Shown piece by piece: positions 52,527-64,000 of a stretch of DNA of 64,000 nt (position 1 is the first letter of the stretch; the number at the start of each line of letters is the position of its first letter). Location of the stretch: contig OZ024745.1 of the NCBI GenBank assembly GCA_964016885.1, positions 101,618,001 through 101,682,000 on the forward strand. Reading direction: 5' to 3'. The stretch comes from Eledone cirrhosa (lineage: Eukaryota). Position numbers and translations under genes: made by a program. The notes beneath the pieces are model-generated. The model was not told where the DNA came from. It saw only the letters and a program-made list of their open reading frames with translations, and did no database searches.

Positions 52527-52747
52527 CCTGTCTGGCTCTCTGGAGAATAGAGGAAATGTGTTTCCTTGAAAACTCGTATGACTCTAAAACCCGGTCCGTC
52601 TGTGTGGTTACATACAGACTAGCTGACACTCACTGTAAAGTGTCTAGTGAAAAACTCAGTACATGTACATATGTATACATGTGTGTATTTATATGCATAC
52701 TAATACTTCCGTATACATATGTAGATGTACACTTTAACTTAATTGTT

Positions 52748-52750
52748 ATA

Positions 52751-52829
<79 letters not shown>

Positions 52830-52894
52830 GCATATATATATATATATATATGCATATATATATATATATATATGCATATATATATATATATATA

Positions 52895-52934
<40 letters not shown>

Positions 52935-53334
52935 TATATATATATATATGCATATATATATATATATGCATATATATATATATATGCATATATATATATA
53001 TATGCATATATATATATATATATATATATGCATATATATATATATATATATATGCATATATATATATATATATATATATATGCATATATATATATATATA
53101 TATATATGCATATATATATATATATATATATGCATATATATATATATATATATATATGCATATATATATATATATATATATGCATATATATATATATATA
53201 TATATGCATATATATATATATATATATATATGCATATATATATATATATATATATATGCATATATATATATATATATATATATGCATATATATATATATA
53301 TATATATATGCATATATATATATATATATATATA

Positions 53335-53382
<48 letters not shown>

Positions 53383-53472
53383 TATATATATATATATATA
53401 TGCATATATATATATATATATATATATATGCATATATATATATATATATATGCATATATATATATATATATA
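52748..53472. repeat. (TA)n-TGCA compound microsatellite
   Basis: Directly visible, about 725 bp. Confidence 0.95.
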
Positions 53473-53924
53473 TCCAAAATTAAGATAGATTAAAAGAATT
53501 CAATCAGAATCGGAATTGTGGGTGTCATTCCTTAACGGAATGCGCCATATCACCCGGAAAATAAGCTCTAGGACTATATAGGTACGAGCATTTTATAATA
53601 ATAACTAGGAATTGATCAACATATATATATATATAAATAAATATAAACATGAAAAATCACAGGAGATAATTTTTACTAGCATGTAACCACGCATGGCTAG
53701 TAGGTAACAAATAAATAAAGTTAACTAGAACTTCAAAAATATATACCTTTTAATGATTAATCTTCCCTGCATATTACCCTATATATATATATATATATTA
53801 TATATATATATATAAATGAGAGGTATAGAGATTGTTTTAGCAAGAAGCTAACGGCATTCTATAACATATATGCGACTATAACGTCAAGATGGGAAAAGTA
53901 GTTAACGAATATATATATATATAT

Positions 53925-55322
53925 AGGGTAAATATCTATAAGTCGTTTAGAAGCCTCGACAATGCAGATGGGTAAATCTCCGGGTAACAAGATCCGGTGG
54001 TGGAGAGAGACATGTAAGTGGGTGTACATTGAGATGCGTGGCGTGTATAAGACTGTAACATGTAGAGGAATGAAGGGGGGGGGGGGGTTCTCTGTCGGAA
54101 AGGTGCGAAAAGTGTCCTTCGCTGTTCGTTGTTTACACAAACACCTACTTCGGATTCCTTGACCAAACATACCAACAAACCTCGCGACTGCCCATGGGAT
54201 CAAGCTAGCGATCTCTTACATGGACAGCCTCGAGCACAAGGTACTCAACGCCTGCCACCCCAACGCCGTCGCCTTTTTTTCAAGGTACGTGGACGATATT
54301 CTCATCCTCACATCTTCCCAAGACATGGCGAACAGAATCTATGAGACGTTCAACAACACGGACGAGAACATTGACTTTAGTGTTGAACACCCAACGATGA
54401 CGGGTCACTTGCCCTCCTCGACTTCCGAATCAACATCACGGAACAGGGAGGAATCCACTGCAACTTCTACCGAAAGGCAGCCTGCAGGGACCTGTTCGTC
54501 CACTACAAGTCCGCCCTCCCTAACAGTGCCAAAAGAGGATACATCACGAACGAGATCGCACAAATCAAAAACAGATGCAGCAATCCCGCGAGTGGTGTCA
54601 CTCATACCAAGCGATTCCTCGAGATGCTGGAGACGAACGGGTACCCTACATCGCTCACAGACAGAGTAGGAGACACCAGACACAAGAGACAGGGAAGCAC
54701 CCAAGGCAAGTGCTTCCTTAAAATTCCACACCTGGGCGAGAATACCACCAACGCTATCCGCAAGGCTATACGGAGGGAGGGCCTCGACATCCACCTGGTC
54801 AACTCGGGCCCCTCCCTGCGAAGGTGCCTCTCCAGGAAACCCGGGAAATCAACTGATGCGTACTCCCTTAGAGACTGCTCGATGCGACATGTGAACTGTT
54901 GCATACGCACATACATCGTGTATGAGATAGAATGTAACAAGTGCAACCAATACTATATAGGTAGCACAATCCGGCCGTTGCACATCCGGATCAAGGAACA
55001 CACTAAAACCAGGGCCTCGTCTTCCCGGAAACACATAGCCAAATGCGGAAACAAAGACGGAAGGCCCATTGTCACAATTCTAGCGAGTGAAAGAAACGTT
55101 GGCACGTTACGTATCAAGGAAGCACTTTGGATCAAACGCCTAGGGCCACAACTAAACAACCGATCCGAGAGAAGCGAAATGAGGTGGTTGGTTTAAGTTA
55201 ACAAACGATGCAGCAACACACGCACACACACACGCACAAGCGAGATAGCAACACACGCACACACACAGTAGCATTCCACGATACGAACATACTACACTGC
55301 CAATACAGAAGAACAAGGCAAC

Positions 55323-55373
<51 letters not shown>

Positions 55374-55876
55374 AAGCGAGACAACACCACACTCACACAC
55401 ACAGTAACATTCACCAAACAGGCAGAGAATGGACTGACAGCTAGCGCCACCCCACTCCCACAATTGAAAGAACTACTTCGGCCGCTGACCTCTGCCTGAC
55501 CGACCCCATTTCACACGCACGCGCGCTCTGCTGAATACCTCAGATATTCTCAACAATGAACAGCGGAGGACACGTTTCGCACCTTTCCGACAGACAACCT
55601 TTCCCCCCTCCCTGGAAAAACCCCCAGTAGAGGGATGTGAATCCGAAATATATAGGGACAATTATATCTCTCCCAAGGTAACTCTTTCCCGTGTTGTTAT
55701 TTTTATTTTTATCCTTTACGCTCTTTCCTTCATTCCTCTACACGTTACAGTCTTATACACGCCACGCATCTCAACGTACACCCACTTACATCTCTCTCTC
55801 CACCACCGGATCTTGTTACCCGGAGATTTACCCATTTGCATTGTCGAGGCTTCCAAACGACTTAAAGAAATTTACC
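53925..55876 (+). mobile_element. 5'-truncated Penelope-like element with inverted 5' pLTR (53925-54133) and 3' pLTR (about 55200-55876)
   Basis: GCPMG-like DCPWD, FSRYVDDIL, NGYP, IVYEIECNKCNQYYIGSTIRPLHIRIKEH (GIY-YIG), EALWIKRLGPQLN; 53925-54133 is the reverse complement of 55552-55876 minus an internal segment. Confidence 0.92.
55621..55658 (+). ncRNA. Degenerate minimal hammerhead in a PLE pLTR
   Basis: cccc-CAGTAGA-g-ggat gtga atcc-GAAA-tata-TA-ggga; two substitutions in the CUGANGA core. Confidence 0.55.
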
Positions 55877-55915
55877 TTATTATTCCACAATGCTTCAAGC
55901 AAACTTCAATACTCT

Positions 55916-55917
<2 letters not shown>

Positions 55918-55965
<48 letters not shown>

Positions 55966-56163
55966 AGAGTATTGAAGTTATGCATATATGCATATATATA
56001 TGTATATATATATGCATATATATATATATATATATATATATGCATATATGCATATATATATGTATATATATATGCATATATATATATATGCATATATATA
56101 TATGTATATATATATGCATATATATATATGTATATATATATGCATATATATATATATATATGC

Positions 56164-56195
<32 letters not shown>

Positions 56196-56222
56196 GCATA
56201 TATATATATATATATATATATG
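55918..56222. repeat. (TA)n-TGCA compound microsatellite
   Basis: Directly visible. Confidence 0.9.
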
Positions 56223-56379
56223 AACGGAAAAAATGAAACAAAATTTCATTTCCCACTCTTAGTACGGCTGTTACTTAAATATAAGTATGTACACATACAT
56301 ACATATATGTATACAGACGTACAGTAGTATGTATATATATATATACATACATGCACACATATATATGTACGTATGGATT

Positions 56380-57850
56380 CACCAAACATTTATTATAATG
56401 CTCGGTGTGTTTGTAAACAGACATCCTGTATTAAGCCGCAGTGTCTAGCAACCACCGTTGCTCATTTGTTCAACACTGACAAAGGAACGGTGTACTAGTT
56501 TCAAGCTTATTAGCTATCGTCAGCAACGTATATCTTCCTGCCAGATTGTTAAACATCCGAAAGTATATACTTTCCTTATGTATATTAGCGGCTGAGTAGC
56601 CCAATTTGCATATCAAGTGGGTTAATTGGCCAGGTGCACCGAAAACGATAAACGTCTACTCCTGCGTCTACTTCTATATGGGTGGGCTGGGGGCGTCGTG
56701 AGTTGTTGGAGAGTTGTTGGGTTGCTGGTGGTTCCCGCATTGTTGCTTCCCCTTTGGGCGCTATGAGTTTTGCTATCTTCCCAGCCCGAATCTGTGGGGT
56801 GGTCGTTGCCCGCGCTGGGAGATCCATTGTGGGGTGGTCCCACGTGTCCTGCGATTGGGGTCGTCGGGCTCGGGGTGGATATCATCACCCGTGAGACTGC
56901 CACTCATATTGGGTTTCATCTCATGGTTAAGCGTACTCGTCACCATCGCCCGTGTGGTGGTGTCGGGCTCATGGTGCTTATTTGTTTCTGTTCTGCCTGT
57001 ATTGTTAGGGTTCGCCTCCTCCCGGACAACGCAGGTGTGGGTGTCCGTTGGGCCATCCCGATCCCGGCGTTTCGGACTATATGTTATATTTTGGCCATGT
57101 GCTGCCTTATTTAGAGCTGCGTTGTAATGTTCCACGTTGTCATCAAAGTTTCCTTATTTGAGGACAGGCTGGAGATCCTGTCCGAGACACTCTTCACCAC
57201 GGCCTTGGTTATGGATCTAGGGTGGTTTGACTTGGCGTTAACATACACAAGTTTCTCGGGCTTGTGGTAGGGGTAGTATTGCTAGGTGTTCAGGTTTAGG
57301 GTGGTGTCTAGGAAGTTAACTACCTTTCTATTTGGGTCTAGTTCGATACTGAGGAAGTGCTACAAAAAAACACCTGGATTTACCCTGGATGAGATCAATG
57401 CCACAGCTTACAGGATTATATCTGGACTCGGCATAGAGGACAAGACGGCCCCATACCAACCAAGGGAACCACGGATTACCCTTAAAGATCACAAGACAAA
57501 CTTTGTGCCCGACCTCCCTGTCAGACTAATAGCTCCCTCCAGATCTGACATAGGAATCGTCAGTAAAAGAATACTAGATAGGATTTTGCCCAAGCTTCGG
57601 AAAAAAACTAGATTACAGCAATGGTCATGCACGGGAGAGGTAATAGAATGGTTTAAGATACTACATGAGAAAAGTAAGACCAACTTTATCCAACTGGCTA
57701 TCGCAGGCTACTACTCCTCAATCTCACCCATAGTACTCAATAAGGCCCTATTTTCAGCGATGTCCAATACGGACCTAACCCGAGTGAGGTGAGCATCATC
57801 CACGACGCAAGAAAGACCTTAATCCATTTCGAAGGAGACCTTTGGACCAG
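56380..57850. mobile_element. Internally inverted Penelope-like element: 3' part on minus (about 56380-57340), upstream RT part on plus (about 57345-57850)
   Basis: Plus: ITLKDHKTNF..VRLIAPSRSDIGIVSKRILDRI..QWSCTGEVIEWF; minus: VNFLDTTLNL, YHKP..VYVNAKSNHP, YNAALNKAAH. Confidence 0.78.
56488..56528 (-). ncRNA. Minimal type-I hammerhead ribozyme in a PLE pLTR
   Basis: Minus strand cgttg-CTGACGA-tagct aata agctt-GAAA-ctag-TA-caccg. Confidence 0.75.
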
Positions 57851-57854
57851 GAGT

Positions 57855-58470
57855 GATTGGCCAAATAACTTTGACAGAGAAGATTATGAATGTGGGTGGG
57901 AAGCCACTAAAGCTGGTTGAGGACTTCCTGAATCTGGGAGCAAACATTAGGAACATAGAGGATGATGTGGAGGAGAGGAAGAGCAAAGCCTGGGCGGCAT
58001 ATCACAGTTTGAGGTTGGCGTGGAAGTCAGACTTTCGTAAAGACCTGAAGATCCGTCTCTTCGTTGCTACAGTGGAGTCTGTGCTGCTGTACCAGTCTGA
58101 GAGTTGGGCACTGACCAAGAGACTCACTCAGATGGTTGATGGGAGCTACACAAGAATGCTGAGGATGGCTCTGAACATTAATCAATATGCACTGAGGATG
58201 AAGCTGTACGGGTGCCTACCAAAAATCCACTTGGAAGTGACACGGGGGAGATTGGGGTTAGCTGGACATGCTCACTGACATCCAGAGTTGACACTGCACT
58301 CAGTGGTTCTGTGGGAGCCCCTCGACAGACACACTGGAAGGGGGGAGACCGAGGTTGACATATTTTAGATGCCCCAAGGACAGACACTGGTCTCTGAGAG
58401 ACGTAGGACATAGTGGTGATGATGGACAGAGACTGCTGGAGAGAACTCGTCCATGGATCTTGTGAATTTT
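57855..58470 (+). mobile_element. Non-LTR (RTE-X-like) 3' fragment
   Basis: VEDFLNLG, LKIRLFVATVESVLLYQSESW, DGSYTRMLRMAL, RLGLAGH. Confidence 0.85.
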
Positions 58471-59106
58471 ACCTGCCCTAGATAGATACATGCACACACA
58501 TATGTGTGATTGCTCTTCCTAGTCGGAGTAGGATTTATAATCATTTTAGAACTCTGAGGTGTTGATGTGAATTTTCCAAAGAAGCAGAGTGGTATCTGTT
58601 TTTGTATAAAAAGTGCTATCCTTGTTCATGTTGAACATACAAAACTTTAATGAAGGAATAAGAAGTAACAAGGTGAAGTACTTAATCCATTGTTTAACTA
58701 TTGTTTCTGAGAGCAAAGGATAAGTAGCAGAAGAAATGCATTTTTTCAAAGTTGATAATATAGAGTTACATAACTGCCATTAATTATCCTGTACATTGAT
58801 AATTTAGCTCTCTGAAACGATTATAAAACAACAGATTACTCTATTACTCCATTAGGTGTTCCAGCCGACATGTTGAGGCCATACTGGGGCACCACCTTTG
58901 TTTAATTTCTTTTTTTTCTTATTCTTTCATTGTATATCTATATCTATGTGTGAGTGTGTATTATCAGAATATCTAATGCTGCACTGGTTCCAAAAACCAA
59001 AATTGTTCTTAATAAAGGTATATTTTGTTTATCATATTCCAACATATCATCTCCTTTTCTTTCCCTTCAATGAATTATCTGTGGGTATCTGGTTTGGAAT
59101 AAATAC

Positions 59107-59335
59107 TTAACCCTTTAGCATTTAAACCGGCTGTATCTAGCCAGAATTCTCTCACCTCTTTCTGTTCAAACTGGCTGTAACTGACCATTCATACCTACAC
59201 TAAGATATTGTTCTCAAAATAAATAACATCAAAACCTCATAGATTTGATATAATGTGAGATAATTATGTAAGATAAAGCCTTTAATGTGAAAATGCAATA
59301 GTAAATATAGAATAATGTAAATGCTAAAGGTTTAA
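59107..59335 (+). mobile_element. Full-length piggyBac-type MITE (about 221 bp between TTAA sites)
   Basis: TTAA-CCCTTTAGCATTTA ... TAAATGCTAAAGGT-TTAA. Confidence 0.88.
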
Positions 59336-59691
59336 ATGGGATGCTACAGAAAGTGATTTTTTCACTCTCTCATATCTTCTAAATGCTGTAGTGGAGGCTC
59401 TCATAGCTATCACTGAACAGCATATGTTGTAGATGTATTGCCGATCGCTGATAAATTACATTTTTCAACCATAGCATTTGAGATGTTTGAAGGAAATGAG
59501 TGTCAGGTGAGGCTTGAGAGAGTGTATTGCTGTTCCAGCATCTCAACCTTATGATCATTTGTGGTATTGCTTTAAGTGCCTTGAGTTTCTTATTCCATTG
59601 ATAAAGGGAGAAATAAAAGAGAAACAATTTCAAATGAAAAAAACATAGAAAACCTAAATCAATTTTATCTTGTGATAGATTTATCAATGAT

Positions 59692-59724
<33 letters not shown>

Positions 59725-59739
59725 TGAGTGAGTGATATA

Positions 59740-62215
59740 TCATCATCATCATCATCATCATCAACGTTTAACGTCCGTGTTCCACGCTTGCATGGGTTTG
59801 GACGGGGGTTTTCCCACTTGAGGCAAGAGTGATTGTCTTGCTCGCATAGGACTGTCTGGCGGGTTTTCTACAGTTGGATGCCCTTCCTAACACCAACCAC
59901 ATTTACAGTGTGGGTCTGGGAGGTTTTTACCGTGTTGCCTACACGGCCACATTACAGCGTGGACTGTGTGTTTTTTTGTCGTGACACCTACACGATCTCA
60001 TTTGTTTCGGCCTGGATGGTGTGGCACCAACATAACTTTACATAGAAGGGGGCGGTGTGGATGGGGTGTGGGTGGTGGGACGGGGGTGTATTTTGTTAGA
60101 GATGCCTACTGACTGTAGTAGGTTTTACTTTGTATTTAGGTAAGGCGGGTCTTCTCTATTACTGAGTACCGCCAAAGGTCTCGGTCCAGTGACATTGTCT
60201 TGGTGAGGTGTAAGTGTGTGAGGTCGGAGTTTATCAGCTCGTCCCAGGTTTTTCTGGGTCTGCCTATTCCGTGGCTACCGTCTATCTTTATTGCCCTGCA
60301 CTTTGTTATACAGCTATCGTCCTTCATGCGCATCACGTGACCATACCAACGTAGCCTTCTCTCTAGTAAATAACAGCTGATCCCTCTTATTTCTAATTTT
60401 TTCCTTAGTTCGTTTATGCTTTGTCGTTCACGTATATTACTATTACACATCCAGCGGAGCATGCAAGCTTCGTTTCTCTCTAGTCTGCGTATAGCCTCTG
60501 CACACAATGCCCAGGTCTCACTGCCATGCAACATTGCTGTTCGTATGCAGGCATCGTACAACCTGCCTTTCATTTTTAGGGAGAACCCTTTAGCGGCTAA
60601 TAGTGGTATAAGCTCTCTGAACTTTTTCCACCCAGTTCTGACTCAAGCTACTGTACTTTCAAAGCACCCTCCCCCACTGCTGATTTTATCACCCAGGTAA
60701 CGGAAGCTGTCCACTATTTCTATAGAACCCTCTGCGCAGTTGAAAGAGCTAGTATTTTGTGGGCACTTGCTGCTACTTATTGCCCCAGAACACCGGCCAC
60801 ATGTAAAATCTATGTTCTTAGTTAGCTTACCTGTGATCCCACTACATCTTTTATGCACCCAAACTTTGCATTTGGGACACAAAATGGAATTTCTACCTAC
60901 GCCTTTCCTACACTCTGCGCATGGCCACTTCCCGGAGGGGACCGCCGCCTTATTTTCTTTCTTACAAACTAGAACTTTAGTCTTAGCCAGGTTAATTTTA
61001 AGGCCTTTTGATTCTAGGCCGTGCTTCCATGTTTGGAATTTCTTCTCTAGCTCGGCCATTGATTCAGCTATGAGCGTTAGATCATATGCGTATAGGAGTT
61101 CCCATGGGCAGCCGGTCTTGAACTCCACTGTTATAGCCTGGAGGGCGATAATAAATAGTAGGGGGCTAAGAACAGAGCCCTGATGAACACCAACTTTTAC
61201 ACTAAACTCTTCACTATATTCGTTGTTAATTCTAACCTTGCTGACTGTTTCTTTATACATGGCTTGTATAGCTCTCACAAGCCATTCATCAACACCTAGT
61301 TTTCTAAGAGCCCACCAGATAATGGAACGGGGGACTCTGTCGAAGGCCTTCTCCAAGTCGACGAAAGCTAAGTATAGGGGTTTACTTTTAGCTAGGTACT
61401 TCTCCTGTAGTTGTTGTACAATGAAAAGAGCGTCTGTGGTACTTTTTCCTGACACAAACCTGAACTGCATTTCATCTAGATCAATTCGCTCTCTGATTAG
61501 TTGCGCTATTACTTTTTCTGTGACCTTCATGATCTGGTCGATTAATTTAATGCCTCTATAGTTACTCCTATCTAGGGCATCTCCTTTACCCTTATAACAG
61601 TTAACGATGATGCTGCTACGCCAGTCCTTCGGAACAACCCCATTCTGTATGACTTGGTTGACTATCCGGGTGACCATGGTGTGTCCCACCGTACCAGATG
61701 CCTTCAGCATCTCGGCAACTATTTCCGAAGGCCCAGCCGCCTTGCCTGTCTTCATATCTTTGATTGCCTTACTTATTATACTACCCTCGACTAACACTGC
61801 TGGTCCCTCTATTGGGTCGATGTGGGGGAGACTGTCTTTCTCCCATTTATTCTCCTCATTTAGTAGCCTTTCATAGTGACACTTCCAAGCTACCTTCTTA
61901 TCGGCGTCTGTGATGGCAAGTACGCCATCATCGTTAAGTACACACTTCTCCCCAACAATATCACTGTTTTCCTTGAGACATTGCCTAGCAATCCTGAACA
62001 CCTCACGTTTTTGGTCCTCACGTTGTAGAACATGCTTGAACTTTCTTTCCTCTGCTTCCCTTCTTGCGAAGTACACTTGTCTCCTAGCTTCCCTCCTGGC
62101 CACTTGATAGTCTTCTCTGCTTCCCCCATCCCGCCATACTTTCCAAGCCTGCTTTTTGGCCTTAATTGACCCCTCCACCTTACTGTTCCACCACCATGTT
62201 ACTCTCCTCCTGCCT
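59740..62215 (-). mobile_element. 5'-truncated RTE LINE with a ~400-nt 3' UTR
   Basis: RT motifs (YADD mutated to YAYD), KWPCAEC Cys cluster, ORF end at 60136, tail GGACGTTAAACGT(TGA)n. Confidence 0.94.
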
Positions 62216-62365
62216 ACAGATATATATATATATACATATACATATAGACACAGACTGGAGATCCAAAAGAAACCACTGAACATTTTATTTTTTCAAAGTT
62301 ATTTCTGTGTTGAATATTTGCAATTCTAGATGGTACAATAGTAGCTGCATTATATTTTCTAATAG

Positions 62366-62556
62366 GGGCGGTGGATTGGCAGTATCGGTAGAGGGTCGGA
62401 CGCCATGGTTTGAAGCATAGAGTTACCTCCCTTTATGATGTGAGTTCAAATCCCGCCGAGGTTAAACTTTGCCTTTCATCCTTACGGGCTCGATAAAATA
62501 AAGTACCAGTAATGTACTGGGATAATTGCTGGCCTGGTGCCAGAAGTAGAAACCAT
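62366..62556 (+). mobile_element. Meta-like tRNA-derived SINE, full length
   Basis: A and B boxes; TSD cattatattttctaat. Confidence 0.9.
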
Positions 62557-62818
62557 TATATTTTCTAATTTCTGCCAGATTGACAGCAGTTTTTACATCT
62601 TTATTAACTTTAGATTGAACAGTTTTGTCATAAAAGTATGAAATGAAATTGTCAACTTTTTTAAAAGATCGCAATTGATTCATGATAACTCAATAAAGCC
62701 TTTCCTAATAGATATTGTATATTTATAACTTATTGATTGCCAGTATGTTTAAATATCCATTCATTGATAATCAGTTTGTTCATAACTCTGAATTTCATTT
62801 TTTTTTTTCCTCTCTAAG

Positions 62819-62982
62819 CTCAAGAGTTTACATCCCATGATAAAAATACTAGTATGCCCAGATTGAAACCAGAAAATAAAATTGCTAACGAATTTATCAA
62901 ATTCCAACTACTTGGTAACTCTCATGATGCTGAACACAATCACAACCAGAATGAGAAGCAGTTGAGGAAACATCATAATCAG
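62819..62982 (+). CDS. KATNIP: Probable katanin-interacting protein exon (AQEFTSHDK...NEKQLRKHHNQ)
   Basis: Strong polypyrimidine tract plus ag, phase 1 matching the preceding exon, open frame, gtatat donor; homology weak. Confidence 0.6.
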
Positions 62983-64000
62983 GTATATATTTGTTTGATT
63001 ATATTGATTGGTTAAAGCTGTCTTTATGAACAGGTGAACAGAATCTCAGTGCAACTATAGGAAACAAGTTCCTAGTTACTTCTTTCAGTTCTTTGTTTAC
63101 TCTAGCTAATGGCTACTGGATTACAATGATTCATTTCTACTCCTCGTTACTAACCATTTGTTTTGATGATTTTTGTCTCTCTGTGTATGTGTATATTTCT
63201 CATTACATTACACTGCCAGTCTGTCCACCAGTCAGTCTATAGTAATAGTTGATGTTAAAAGTTATTGGGACAAGTAAAATGTAAAAAAAGAAAACAACCT
63301 TTCGGAAGTATCTATTGTTGCTATTATTAATGTTGTTGTAGTCTCCGATTTCAATAATATCTAATTATAGCTTACACTTGGCAACAGTCAATCCTGAGTT
63401 ACATCATCTATCTTTGTTGGTCTGAACAACATTAAACAAATATGCAATGTTTTCATTATTTGCTCTTGTGAAAGTGTAAATCACTGATTGTATGTTTTAA
63501 ACCTATGGACAGGTCATATGCATGGTTTCAAGTATTCATAATTCTAATCTTCTTAACAATGCTCAATGCAACTATTAAGTTTTTGTGCACTGAAACAGTT
63601 GTATGTAAATCTGTAGAAATCCTGACTTTTGGAGTTTGTTTTTTAAATGGATCAATGCAGCTTATTGTAAAAGAAGAGAACACTCAAATAAACACAAGAC
63701 ATTATTCTGCTAGTTTAATGTTCCTTACAGTTTTTATTTTTTGCCGCAATTCATTTTTAGCTATTTCATAATAGTAAGTATTAATAATTTAACCACTGTT
63801 TTATATAACTTATATTTTCTCTACCAGCTATCGTATTTCATCTATTTTGTTTTCTGTTATCGTTATTCAATTCAACAGAAACTTTATCCAGTAATCTATT
63901 TTTGATTTTAAAAAAGAAAAGTGATTAAAATCTAGTTTTCACTGTGAATAAGTCTTTTCTATTTTGAATTGCACTCAAGTCTGTATCAGTGTAATAGTTT

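Larger units (their letters stand above)
51698..52747. mobile_element. Hammerhead-containing non-coding element (retrozyme-like): 469-nt unit, ~1.3 tandem copies (-) plus an inverted 449-nt copy (+)
   Basis: Period 469 (aacaaataac at 51701 and 52170); inverted arms 51767-52215 and 52299-52747; flanked by (TA)n. Confidence 0.88.

Noticed and set aside
51885-52629. Identical 72-aa ORFs on opposite strands
   Set aside because: By-product of the inverted repeat; GTG start, antisense to the hammerhead, no coding signature
63879-64000. Possible further KATNIP exon after ttcaacag
   Set aside because: All three frames hit stops within about 50 nt

Overview
AT-rich eukaryotic (animal) DNA. The repeat complement (tRNA-derived Meta/CORE-like SINEs, RTE LINEs, Penelope-like elements, long (TA)n tracts) suggests a cephalopod such as Octopus; this is an inference. 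One host gene is visible: the 5' part of a KATNIP (KIAA0556) ortholog on the + strand, with 9-10 short phase-compatible exons from about 11.6 kb to 63 kb. Upstream lies a terminally intact but internally deleted 5.1-kb Helitron. The introns hold SINEs, piggyBac-type MITEs, RTE/R4 LINE remnants, a mariner remnant and three Penelope-like elements (PLEs). The most notable feature is at 51.7-52.75 kb: a non-coding, hairpin-rich 469-nt unit carrying a perfect minimal type-I hammerhead ribozyme. It is present as about 1.3 tandem copies followed by a near-identical inverted copy, the arrangement expected for a PLE-mobilised circular-RNA 'retrozyme'. Five further intact, degenerate or partial hammerheads and several 1-nt-loop fold-back palindromes occur, most inside a (TA)n-rich nest of insertions. 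All family assignments come from recognised motifs; no database search was run.
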